Assembly: GCA_964348195.1 (NCBI GenBank) | Contig: CAYGBX010000001.1 | Location: 15,148-79,147 of the forward strand | Direction of reading: 5' to 3' | Source of the DNA: an uncultured Anaerolineales bacterium | GTDB lineage: Bacteria; Chloroflexota; Anaerolineae; UBA7937; JACPPX01 | DNA: 64,000 nt | In this document: piece after piece, positions 1-9,500 of the stretch | How the letters are laid out: each line of letters starts with the position of its first letter | Position numbering within the stretch: position 1 is the first letter of the stretch | Translations under genes and position numbers: made by a program | Notes under the pieces: generated by a model | What the model was told of the DNA's origin: nothing | The model's database searches: none | What the model saw: only the letters and a program-made list of their open reading frames with translations

Positions 1-1835
1 GCGCCGAGCCAATCCGCAGGCTCCTCGCCCTCGACGGGCGTGGCGTAGGCCGCGCTTGCCGGGTCGAGTCCGGACTCGCCATCCTCCACGACGACCCAGG
101 CCATCGCACCCTCTAGGGTCGGCTCATCGGACCAGCCGCCGGGAGGCGAAGCATCCACGTAGACGCTGGCAGAGTAGGGTTCCGAGGCGTTACCGGCGGC
201 ATCCTGGAACTGCACGAAGACTTGATGCGGCCCTTCTACCTCGAAGACCCACTCTTTGGCCTCGGCGAAGGGCTCCCAATCTGAGAAGGTTTCCCCATCG
301 GAACTGAAGCGCATGGCAGCCACTCCGCTCCCTGCGTCCTCCGCCACGAGGGCGAGTCCCGCCGTGAGGGTGTCGATGAACCCCGAACCGTCGCCCACGG
401 CCAGGCTCCCGGTGGGGCCGGCGTTGTCGGTGACCACCGTGCAGCTCGACTCGGAGGTGCGTCCGCCGGCGCCATGGGCAACCGCCTGTAGTGTGTGCTC
501 GCCTTCTTGGGTCGAGGCAGTGTCCCACTCCCAAGTCAGCTCCTGGCCGCCTGCCTCGGCGACGAGCTCCCCATCCAGATGCAGCTCAAGACGCTCCACA
601 CTGGGGCTGCTGCTGGAAACAGAAACGGTGGCGGTCCCCACCAGCACCTCCCCCTCGCCCGGGCAGGCGAGGTCCAGGCGCGGGTCGTGGCCCAAGAGCT
701 TCTGCCACGCCAAGTCTCGGTAGCTGACCAGCCGGTCGTAGGCCAGCCGACCTGGGCAGGTCGTGTACAGTACGTCGCGGTGTCCAAGGATGTTGGGGAG
801 TTCCACGTCGTGGAACTCAGAAGTGGCAAGGGGGTGGATTCCAAAGCGGTCCGACAGCCAGGAGACGAGCTCGGTGAGAGCCCGCTCCATCTCCACTGGG
901 ACGTCCGCCTGAGAGAAGTCTCCCAGGAGGGCGACTCCGATGCTCCCGTGGTTGAACTGGAGGGCGTGGGAGCCAACGACCCCGTCGCCCCCCTTTCGGC
1001 CCTCGTAGATGTTGCCGGCGAAGTCAATCAGGTAGTTGTAGCCGATGTCGCCCCAACCCTGGGTCACGGTGTGGTAGTAGAAGACCGCGCGGACACCGGC
1101 GGCGGGGTCCTCGGCGAAGTTTCGGGTGGCGGTGTGGTGCAGGATGATCTTCTCGGCCGGCTCCACCTGCGGGACCAGCGTGACCAGGTCCTCGCGGGCC
1201 CCCCAGCCGGCGCGTGAGATGATCTTCGGCCGCGGCACTCCCTCGGCCACGCCCGCCGCCTGGATCGAGGCCTGCGCCTCCTCAATGGTGGGTCCGGGCT
1301 GGGTTGAGATGAGATACAGGGTGACCTCTTCGAGGATCGGCACCTCAGATCCATCGGTGGTGCTGAACAGGGCCCGGTACTGGACGAACCGGGACGGCGC
1401 CACGAAGACGAGGCCTCCTTGGAATCCCTGGCCCGACTCGAGGGTGGCGTCGGCATCGAGGAGGACCTCCGTCCATTCGCTCCAGGACTCCCCATCATCG
1501 CCCGCGCGCACCTCAAAGGAGAGACTGCCCGCCGCGGGGACGACCGCTTCCCACCGGCTCCCCACCGCGTCAAACGTCCGGGAGGCCCGGCGCACGGGCG
1601 AGGTGTACATCCCGAAACCGGCGGTGGGATCCAGACGAATCTCCCCTCCTGCCTCGTCGGACAGCTCCACTCCCTCGGCCTCTCCTTCGGCGAAGTCGCC
1701 CGCAGTCGTCTGGGTCCAGGCCTCAACAGGCGGTCCCACTCGACGCACCGAGAAGAGCTGTTCCGCGTCTGGGATCACGCTCATGAGGACCAATGCCCAG
1801 AGCGTCAAGATGAGTGCGGTCAGTGTCTTCTTCAT
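1..1835 (-). CDS. N-acetylmuramoyl-L-alanine amidase (Amidase_2/PGRP domain) with signal peptide and long C-terminal extension; partial, continues past window start
   Basis: Manual minus-strand translation from ATG (revcomp of 1833-1835), SD GGAGGG 5 nt upstream: MKKTLTALILTLWALVLMSV... then ILHHTATRNF, GWGDIGYNYLIDFAGNIYEGRKGG, HALQFNHGSIGVALLGDF, GHRDVLYTTCPG (classic Amidase_2 zinc-amidase motifs). Open frame runs to position 1, so it is absent from the ORF track (no stop in window). The plus-strand ORFs 495-1217, 1126-1923 and 1419-2069 are antisense artefacts of it. Confidence 0.75.
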   Translation of the reverse strand, partial: MKKTLTALILTLWALVLMSVIPDAEQLFSVRRVGPPVEAWTQTTAGDFAEGEAEGVELSDEAGGEIRLDPTAGFGMYTSPVRRASRTFDAVGSRWEAVVPAAGSLSFEVRAGDDGESWSEWTEVLLDADATLESGQGFQGGLVFVAPSRFVQYRALFSTTDGSEVPILEEVTLYLISTQPGPTIEEAQASIQAAGVAEGVPRPKIISRAGWGAREDLVTLVPQVEPAEKIILHHTATRNFAEDPAAGVRAVFYYHTVTQGWGDIGYNYLIDFAGNIYEGRKGGDGVVGSHALQFNHGSIGVALLGDFSQADVPVEMERALTELVSWLSDRFGIHPLATSEFHDVELPNILGHRDVLYTTCPGRLAYDRLVSYRDLAWQKLLGHDPRLDLACPGEGEVLVGTATVSVSSSSPSVERLELHLDGELVAEAGGQELTWEWDTASTQEGEHTLQAVAHGAGGRTSESSCTVVTDNAGPTGSLAVGDGSGFIDTLTAGLALVAEDAGSGVAAMRFSSDGETFSDWEPFAEAKEWVFEVEGPHQVFVQFQDAAGNASEPYSASVYVDASPPGGWSDEPTLEGAMAWVVVEDGESGLDPASAAYATPVEGEEPADWLG

Positions 1836-1838
1836 CGC

Positions 1839-2300
1839 CTATCCCTCCGCGATGCGGGTGATTTGCGAAGGCCGGGGCCAAGGAAGCCTTTCGGCTATCG
1901 CCTCGGCCTCCCGCGCGATCTGAGCGTCCAGCTCCTGCCAGAGGAGCGGTTCCCAGATCTCGATGCGGTCGCCGATCCCCACCAGGACGGCCTCGTCTGC
2001 TATGCGTGCATAGGAGAGGAGGGTCTCAGGAACGAGAAGCCCGCCCTCCGGATCCAATCTTCCCACTGAGGCCGCGGCGTGGAGATGCCTCGCCAGATCC
2101 CTCGCTCCCCGCCGCTCGAGTTGCAGCGCCCCGCTGAGGATCGCCGCCCAGGCCTCCCAGCCGGTTCGAGGCTGGAGCCACAAGCAGCGGTCAATGCCCT
2201 TGCCCAGGACCCAGCCCGGGGCCAGCTCGGGCCACCAGGCTCCAGGCACCTGGAGGCGTCCCTTCCGGTCCAACGGCACCGAGTGGCTTCCCAGCAACAT
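1839..2300 (-). CDS. mraZ: Transcriptional regulator MraZ
   Basis: 153 aa; two MraZ half-repeats: LDRKGRLQVP and VGIGDRIEIWEP (cf. E. coli NLDSKGRLSVP / VGQFNKFELWD). The start overlaps the stop of the upstream gene (TGATG). Confidence 0.8.
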   Translation of the reverse strand: MLLGSHSVPLDRKGRLQVPGAWWPELAPGWVLGKGIDRCLWLQPRTGWEAWAAILSGALQLERRGARDLARHLHAAASVGRLDPEGGLLVPETLLSYARIADEAVLVGIGDRIEIWEPLLWQELDAQIAREAEAIAERLPWPRPSQITRIAEG

Positions 2301-2875
2301 CAGTTTCCGTCCGTCTCGCCCGGATCGTGTCCGGCCTCGGGCTTCATATCCTGTGTCAGGTAGTGGATACGGATCTCCCGCAGCTCCGACTTCAACAGGT
2401 CCAGGCTGTGCTCGGTCTGGGAGATGAGCGTGCTGGCATCTCTCTGGGCCGATCGGATCAGCTCCTGGGCGCGCGCCTCCCCCTGCTGGACTATGGCCTT
2501 CGACCGAATCTCAGCCATCTCGACCAGTCGGCTGTCCTCCACCAGCGCCTCGGCCTGCCGACTCGCTTCGGAGGCGATGCTCCGGGCCTCGCTCCGCGCT
2601 CCAGCGAGGATCTCGTCCCGTTCCTGAAGGACCTTCCTGGCACGTACCACGGCCCCCGGCAGAGAGCCCCTTAGCCGGCCGATCAGGCGAAGACCGGCTT
2701 GGCGGTTCACCCAGGCTCCACCCATCCGCGGCAGCGTTCGGCCGGCGGCCAGGATTGCCTCCAGCCGATCCAGATACTCGATCGGGTCGGACCCTGACGG
2801 CGGACCGTCGTCCCGCGGCTCGGCGGCCGTGATAGCGGCGATCTTCTCCCTAAGCTCCATCAGCTCTCCTCCCAA
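2300..2875 (-). CDS. Hypothetical coiled-coil protein (E/R/A-rich; ATP-synthase-b / DivIVA-like low-complexity helix)
   Basis: 191-aa ORF with a strong coiled-coil-like composition (ARSEARSIASEASRQAEALVEDSRLVEMAEIRSKAIVQQGEARAQELIRS). Translationally coupled to mraZ. No specific family recognised. Confidence 0.5.
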   Translation of the reverse strand: MGGELMELREKIAAITAAEPRDDGPPSGSDPIEYLDRLEAILAAGRTLPRMGGAWVNRQAGLRLIGRLRGSLPGAVVRARKVLQERDEILAGARSEARSIASEASRQAEALVEDSRLVEMAEIRSKAIVQQGEARAQELIRSAQRDASTLISQTEHSLDLLKSELREIRIHYLTQDMKPEAGHDPGETDGN

Positions 2876-4221
2876 CTCGAGAACTTGCGGCCTTGCCTCA
2901 CCATGCGGTCCAAGATTCGTCGCGTGGACTCCGCGTCGTCCCCTGCGATCCGTTCCACCCGGCAGCCCCGCGCCACGAGCTCCTCCTCTGTGTCGGCGCT
3001 CACGCCTCTCTCATCCCCGATGATCGTGACGTGTCGGGCCAGTCCCGCCTCATCCGGCCGGAAGCCGCAGGCGGGCTGGAAGGTCCGTATGTATTCGGTT
3101 GCCATTCGCCAGTACCAATCTGAGACCCCGAAGTCCCAGGTCGGGAACAGGACGTAGTGCTGGATGGATCCGTTCGACGAAGCGGGCAGGCTCGAAGTCT
3201 CCTGCGGTTGGCGGGCGGCAGGCACAACCTCCGGCAATGGCCTTGGCGCCGGTGGACGCTGGATCGGCTGTGGAGCCGGCTCCGGGTCCGGCGTGCTGGC
3301 AGGTGGGTCGGAGGGAACCTGGGCCTGCTTCGCCAACATGCGGATCGCCGGCACAGGCGTGCCGTCTTCAGCTTCGAGAGGGCCCAGGTTGACGCACAGC
3401 AGGTATCGCGGCAGCGATCCACGTCTCGCCAGGAGCGCCGCCTCCGCCGCTCTCTGCATCGGCCCCCCCGCCGGCGGATAGCTCGCCACCGCCACCACAG
3501 GAAGCGAACGGCCAAGCCGCTCCTGAATGATCTCGTCGTACCATGCGAAGATCCGAAATCCCCGGTGGTCTTCGCTTTCCGCAGGGGTGTGGTACGGGCG
3601 CGCCAGCGGCCAGCGGCTCGGCCCGCCCGCCCCCCAACTCAGGTCCCGGTCGAGAGAAGTCACCGTAGCGACCCCGATCGACGCCAGGAGGGCGGGGTCT
3701 TCCTCCACCAGGATGTCCAGAGCTTCGGCTAGGAACGCTGTGTCCCAGTAGTCGCCTCCCGGCTGCATCGGTGGCAGGAGCGGGATCAGTCCCGCCTCCA
3801 CCGCCCGCGCAAGCGAAGGGCGAAGGATCCCCACAAACCGGCGCACCAGTTCCGGCTCGCTCCACTGAGCCCGCTCCCACGCTCGGGCCAGGTTCGGATA
3901 CCGGTAGAGGTACAGGTACCGACCCCCGGCCTCGGCGTAGGCAGAGAGCGCCGTTCGCAGAGCCTTCTGATCGATTCCGGAGACGGGCGTGCGATCCATC
4001 CCCAGAACAGGCTCGATACCCTGCGTCGACAGCGCCGCCACCAGGTCAAAGGGGATCGAGTGGTCCAGCGAGGCTTCCACTGTCACCCATCCGATCCCGG
4101 CCTCGGCCCAGTCTCGGGTGCGGTCCTCGAACCGACCGTCGCTGCCCGCCAGATCTCCGGCCTTCACAAGGAAGCCGATGCGACTTTCGGTTCTAGGTAG
4201 GGGGAAGGATCTCATCTCCAT
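2860..4221 (-). CDS. Hypothetical protein, two domains joined by a Pro-rich linker
   Basis: 453 aa. N-terminal ~300 aa is a globular domain of unknown function. Linker PSDPPASTPDPEPAPQPIQRPPAPRPLP. C-terminal ~110 aa is HYVLFPTWDFGVSDWYWRMATEYIRTF...TIIGDERGVS...RGCRVERIAGD. The start lies 9 nt after the stop of the caspase-like gene. Confidence 0.55.
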   Translation of the reverse strand: MEMRSFPLPRTESRIGFLVKAGDLAGSDGRFEDRTRDWAEAGIGWVTVEASLDHSIPFDLVAALSTQGIEPVLGMDRTPVSGIDQKALRTALSAYAEAGGRYLYLYRYPNLARAWERAQWSEPELVRRFVGILRPSLARAVEAGLIPLLPPMQPGGDYWDTAFLAEALDILVEEDPALLASIGVATVTSLDRDLSWGAGGPSRWPLARPYHTPAESEDHRGFRIFAWYDEIIQERLGRSLPVVAVASYPPAGGPMQRAAEAALLARRGSLPRYLLCVNLGPLEAEDGTPVPAIRMLAKQAQVPSDPPASTPDPEPAPQPIQRPPAPRPLPEVVPAARQPQETSSLPASSNGSIQHYVLFPTWDFGVSDWYWRMATEYIRTFQPACGFRPDEAGLARHVTIIGDERGVSADTEEELVARGCRVERIAGDDAESTRRILDRMVRQGRKFSSWEES

Positions 4222-4230
4222 CGCTTGCCT

Positions 4231-6534
4231 CTACCTCGACACCACCAGCTTCCCGATCCGACCGTCCCCGTCCGAGGTCAGGACGGCTCGATGGCGCAGG
4301 CTTCTCCTCCGAGGGTCCACTTCCAGCGGAGTGCGATGCTCAGCGCTGGCCACCCAGCGCTCCGTAGGCGGACTGCTGTCAGCGGCCGATCCCGTGCGGA
4401 CTGGGCATATGGGACAATCGCCACAGCCACAGGCCGAAACTTTCTTCACGGACGCCTTCGCGGACGCGAGAGCCGGGACTTGGCCGCTGAGGTACGACTG
4501 CAGGGTCCGCCGGATTGACGTAGGTGCCTCTGCCTCCTCCGACGAACCCCCGTGGCCGCATATCACGGCCGGACACTGCACTGGGTCGCTGTCCCCCATT
4601 CCGCGACGTCGGATCCGGTGCGTTGCAGACAATCCCAGGCTGGGATCTCCGTACAGGACGAACGTGAGGAGAGTCTTCTGGTCCTCCGCATCCAGGTATC
4701 CCTGCTCGGCACCGGCCTGCTCGATCAGGCCCAGCTTGGCCCGACGCAACGCCTCGCCGAGGGCGAAACCTTCCCGCAGACCCAGGAACAGGTTCACGGC
4801 GAGGAGGTCCGCGCCCACCAGTGGCGGGGCCAACGAGCCGTAGGCCATTCCGGTGGATCCGATGAAGCCACGGGCTCCGGCCGCCAGAAACGCCAGCGCC
4901 ACAGAATCCTGGATCCCTCGGTCTGCGATCTCGGCTCCGTAGCATGCCTCGCTGAAGACCACCGCCTCCGTCGGATCGGCCCAACTCAGGTTCAGAGGCG
5001 TCAGCGCGATGGGAAAGACGGGAGCGTCCTCCTCATCGCTCGAGCCGTGTCCGTACCAATAGGGGCTCCCCGCCACCCCGTGCAGGTTGAAGTAGGCGAG
5101 CGCGGGAATCCGATCGTATGCCTCGAGGAACTCCTGGTCCGAGAAGGGCGGGGACACCTCAAGTCCCCGGCCGTCGCCAAGGGCCTGCATCACGGCTGAG
5201 GAGGCATCCCGCCAGACTCCCGCCGAGACCGCAAGCGGCTGGGAGCCGTTTCCAGAGAAGAGCCGGCCCAGCCTCCCGCCGCGGCGTCGGCGCTTCCGGT
5301 GGGCGGTGGCGGTGCGAACGATGAATTCGGTCAGAGCCTCCGAGGAACCCAGGTCGGGGATCCGTCCCACGGCACGATCGGGAAGCAGGTAGTTCCCCGT
5401 CCGCGAAGCGTAGGGAGCGTCGGTGAAGACCTCCTCGTCCCCATCGTCTGAGGGATTGGGGATTCTGAAGAAGGGCACGATCCCGTCGCCACCCACCAGG
5501 AGGAGATAGTCGGCGCGCTGGCCGGTCTCCCCCAGCCGGACCTCCAGGTCTGCCAGCAGCTTGGCAATCGAGGCAGGATCCTCCGGATCGGCCACGGACA
5601 GGCCGAGCTCGCCCAGCGACTGAGGATCGTCCACCAGGACCAGGTGGGCGTCGATGCCAGAGCCTCTACGAGCGGCAGCGGCCAGGGCCGAGAGCCCCTC
5701 GGTGATCGCCATCCGCCCTTCCTCGCCGAACGCCGCCCCGAGCCGCGCGCGGCTCGACACGATCGCCAGGCTCGAGCTCAGCTCCCCGCCGCCAGCCCCG
5801 TTGCCCAAGGGGGAGATTTCGGGCTCCGCGATCTCGGGCAGGATCGGCAGATCTGGATGCTCCTCCACTGGCACTGAGGCCGGTTCGGGCGAGGGAACGC
5901 GCTCCGCCGGTTCAGGCTCCACTGCCCCGGCCGCACCATCACGGTCCCCACCCTGGACGGCCGGCTCGACCTCTTCCGCAGGACTCACGGTGGGAGCGGT
6001 CGCCAGGTACTCGGGGTACAGCCCCTCCGCAACGAAGAGCGAACGGGCGACCTCCATGCTGGGATCCAGCTCCCGAGCCGCGTGGAACCGCTTCGCTCCC
6101 TCGATCCAATCACCGGCTCGCAACTTGAGGTCTCCCAGCATCAGTTGGACCCGAACCAGGTTGGGGTGTGAGGCAGCGAGCGAGGCCAACACCGGCTCCA
6201 CCTCGGTCCCCCGCCCCTCCCGCCAGGCGACCTCGGCCTGGGCCAGTCCCTCGGGCACCGACATCGAGCCCCCGGATCCCTCCACGAGCCTCTGGAGCGC
6301 CTCCACGGCCTTGGGGTTCGTCGGATCCGTCGCCACAACGGCCTGATAGTGTCTGGTTGCCTCCGCCCCGCGGCCGGACTCCTCCAGGATCCGCCCCAGG
6401 GCCAAGCGAGCCGCCTGATGCCGGGGAAACCGACGTATCAGCGCCACGAGAAGTGGCTCCGCGGCTTCCGGCTGTCCCTGCTCGTGCCGCCGCAGGGCCC
6501 GCTCCACGATGCCTCCCGTCTCCACGGCGCGCAT
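4231..6534 (-). CDS. TPR-repeat protein with C-terminal caspase-like (clan CD, CHAT-type) cysteine peptidase domain and Cys-rich tail
   Basis: 767 aa. N-terminal TPRs (ALIRRFPRHQAARLALGRILEESGRGAEATRHYQAVVATDPTNPKAVEAL...). Protease core LLLVGGDGIVPF...YFNLHGVAGSPYWYGHG (catalytic His) then ~45 aa on VVFSEACYGAEI (caspase QACRG-like Cys pentapeptide). C-terminal CPAVICGHGG...CGCGDCPICP zinc-ribbon-like. The start ATG directly abuts the stop of the STAND gene (TAGATG). Confidence 0.8.
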   Translation of the reverse strand: MRAVETGGIVERALRRHEQGQPEAAEPLLVALIRRFPRHQAARLALGRILEESGRGAEATRHYQAVVATDPTNPKAVEALQRLVEGSGGSMSVPEGLAQAEVAWREGRGTEVEPVLASLAASHPNLVRVQLMLGDLKLRAGDWIEGAKRFHAARELDPSMEVARSLFVAEGLYPEYLATAPTVSPAEEVEPAVQGGDRDGAAGAVEPEPAERVPSPEPASVPVEEHPDLPILPEIAEPEISPLGNGAGGGELSSSLAIVSSRARLGAAFGEEGRMAITEGLSALAAAARRGSGIDAHLVLVDDPQSLGELGLSVADPEDPASIAKLLADLEVRLGETGQRADYLLLVGGDGIVPFFRIPNPSDDGDEEVFTDAPYASRTGNYLLPDRAVGRIPDLGSSEALTEFIVRTATAHRKRRRRGGRLGRLFSGNGSQPLAVSAGVWRDASSAVMQALGDGRGLEVSPPFSDQEFLEAYDRIPALAYFNLHGVAGSPYWYGHGSSDEEDAPVFPIALTPLNLSWADPTEAVVFSEACYGAEIADRGIQDSVALAFLAAGARGFIGSTGMAYGSLAPPLVGADLLAVNLFLGLREGFALGEALRRAKLGLIEQAGAEQGYLDAEDQKTLLTFVLYGDPSLGLSATHRIRRRGMGDSDPVQCPAVICGHGGSSEEAEAPTSIRRTLQSYLSGQVPALASAKASVKKVSACGCGDCPICPVRTGSAADSSPPTERWVASAEHRTPLEVDPRRRSLRHRAVLTSDGDGRIGKLVVSR

Positions 6535-9500
6535 CTAGCTTCCCCCGCCGTGGACCCAGGCCAGCGCAGTCGTGGCGGCCAGCTGCTTGAAGGCATTTGC
6601 GTTCTTGGGATCGAGCCGCACTGCTTCGCGGAACATCTCGGCGGATTCGGAGTACTGCTTGAGCCGCTTGTAGAGGAGGCCAGCCCGGAAGTGATGGTCG
6701 GCCTCGCCGGGCTCGGTCTGACAGGCCAGCAGGAACTCTCGGAGGGCCCGGTCGTAGTTGCCTTGCTCCTCATGGGTCCTGCCCAGCTCGCTATGCGCCT
6801 GACCGCTGGCAGGGTCGAGCTCCGCCATCTTCCGGAAGTGAGCGACCGCCTTGTCCGTGTGGCCCAGCCTCCGGCACAGTGCGCCCACCTCGCTGTGGTA
6901 GGCCTTCTCCTCGGGAGCGGCACGCAGCGCCTTGTGGTAGGCCTCCAAGGCATCGTCGAAGCGATCCTGATCCAGATAGGTGCGCGCTCTCGAGATGTAG
7001 GCCGGCGCGTACTGGGGATCGCGCGAGGTGGCCTCGTCCAGGGCCTCAAGTGCGGCGTGGTAGTCGCCCTGTCGATGAAGGACCTCGGCTACCCGATGGG
7101 GATACGCCGGATCCTGGGGCTCCAGGTCGCTCGCTCGCTGGTAGTGCGCCAGGGCCTGTTCCAGGTCGCCCCGCTTCTCTTGGAGGTGGCCTAGGTGGGC
7201 GTACGAGGCCGCCTTGGCCCCGCCGAGTGAGAGCGCCTCCTCGAAGCATGCGATCGCTTCCTCGAACCGCCCCATCCCTTCCAGGGCGACGCCGAGCCCG
7301 AGCCACAGCGTCGGGTCCTGAGGCTGCGTCTCCAAAGCTCGGCGGTAGGCATCCGCCGAATCGGAATTCCGTCCCACCTCTTGGTAGGCCGCACCGAGGG
7401 CGGATCGGGCCCGTAGGTCGTTCGGGTCGAGGCGCACTGCCTCCTCCAGGTGCTCGACCGCCTTGTCCCAGCGCCGCATGTGAGACAGCGCGCTGGCAGC
7501 GGCCCTGTGAAACTCGGCTGCTCGGGGAGCCAGCTCGACCGCCTTCCGGTACTGCTCGAAGGCGGACTGATGCCGCCCGGCCCGCTCGTACAGACCGCCG
7601 AGCACCGCCCGCCATCGTGCGACGCCTGGACCGGCCGCCACAGCGCGCTCCATCGCCTCCATCGCTTCTTCGTGGTCCCCGGCGGACTCCAGCGTACCGG
7701 ACAGGGCGTGCAGGTAGCGGCCGTCGTGGTCGGATCGATCCACGGCAGCACGAAAGGCGGACAACGCGCGATCATGCTCTCCCAGAGCCTCGTGGATCCG
7801 GCCGAGCTGGTAGTGGGTCTCGGCCTCGTCTGGCGCCAGGCTGTGAGCGGCCTCCAGCTCGCGCCGGGCGTCCTCGTACCGCCCCAGCTGTCGATACACC
7901 GAGCCAAGGGCGCGCCGTCGCTCTGGTGACCCAGGCTCCAGATCCACGGACTTCTGGCAGAGCCTTTCTGCTTTGTCTCCGTCTCCCTGGGCAGCGTTCA
8001 GAAGACCCAGCTCAGAGTAGGCCTCCGCCCAATTCGGCTTGAGGTCCAATGCCGCCTGGAGCGAACCCGCGGCCTTGGCGTACCAGTGGTCAGATGCGCC
8101 ATTCTCTGACGCCTTCCCAAGGGCTCGCTCCACGGCGCCCAACCGCAAGACATAGGTGGGATCGTGCGGCGCGAGCCGACTGGCCTCGTCGTAGAGACGC
8201 TGGGCATCCTCTAGTCGACCCGCTCCCTCGTAGGCCTGGCCGAGCCGGAAGGTCGCTCGCGGATCGGTCCCCTCCTCCGTAGCGAGGGGCTCGAGAACAT
8301 GGACCGCCTCCAGGGCGCGTCCGCTCGCCAGGAGGGCCCCACCCAATGCCTCGCGGATCTGTGCATCGTGGGGGATCAGATCCAGCGCCCGCTGGTAGAA
8401 GCCCAAGGCCTGCTCAACCTGGCCCGCCTTCTCGCGCGCCCGACCCAGAAGGTAGAGAGCCTCCGGGTCCGCCGAGTCCATCTCCAGGGCACGTTCGAGG
8501 GCCACGGTCGCTTCCTCCGCGTGCTCCCGCTCCAAGAGGAGCGCGCCCAGATCGCGGTGGTGGATGGCGTCCTTGCCGTCGCAAGCCACGGCCTCCTCAA
8601 ATTGGGTGCGTGCGGCGTCCCAGCGACCCGCCTCCCGGTAGAGTTGGCCCAGCCGATGGTGCAGCGGGGCGCTGCCGGGCAGGTTGGCGATCGCGCGCTC
8701 CAGGACCGTGGCGGCCTGGGCTTCTCGACCTAGCTGGCGCTCCAGGGCAGAGAGAGCCAGATGCGGTTCGGCAGATCGCGGCTGAAGTGAGGCCGCCTTT
8801 CGATAGCTGGACCGTGCTTCCTCCAGCTTTCCCATCGCCTCCTGCAACCTGCCGAGACCCAGCAGAGCCTCCACAGGCTCACTGTCAAGGGCCACAGCCG
8901 TGGCTAGTGCTTCCTCAGCTTCCTCTCGGCGGCCCAAAGCGCTGAGAAGGTTTCCGCGGGCTAGGTGGACCGTGGACTCCTCGGGAGCGATGCGCTCGGC
9001 CTTGGCCACCTCGTCGAGAGCCGCGGCAAGGTCGCCCCGCTCCTCCAGGATCCGCGCCAGGTTCAGGTGAGCCTGTGGATCGTCCGAGTCCGTGCTGCGG
9101 GCTCGCTCCAACGAGGCCTCCGCCTCGTCCACGCGACCCATCTGGTCCAGAACTCGGCTCATTCGACCCAGGTGACTGGGGTCCAGGAAGAGCGACTCCC
9201 CTGCCCCCTGGTAGGCCTCCAAGGCCTCGGGGTGCCACCCGTTGCTCTCGAACCCCTCTCCCAGGGTCTCTCGGAGTGCGGGATCGTGCGGATTCAGCGC
9301 CACCGCCTCCTCAAGTGCGGCCACGGCTTCTTCCCCGCGGCCGAGATCCAGAAGAGTCCGTCCCATCCACTGGAGATAGCGGGGCTCATCCGGCGCCTGC
9401 GCGATTGCCCGTCGGCCGGCGGAAAGCGCCTCTTCCATGCGGTCGGCCGCCTGGTACAGGTTGGCGAGTTCGAACTGGAGCTCCGCGCCGCCCTGCTTCC

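Noticed and set aside
495-2069. Plus-strand ORFs 495-1217, 1126-1923 and 1419-2069, and minus ORFs 536-1027 and 1064-1726
   Set aside because: All lie over the long minus-strand amidase reading frame, which has clear Amidase_2 motifs. They are antisense or off-frame open frames typical of high-GC DNA.
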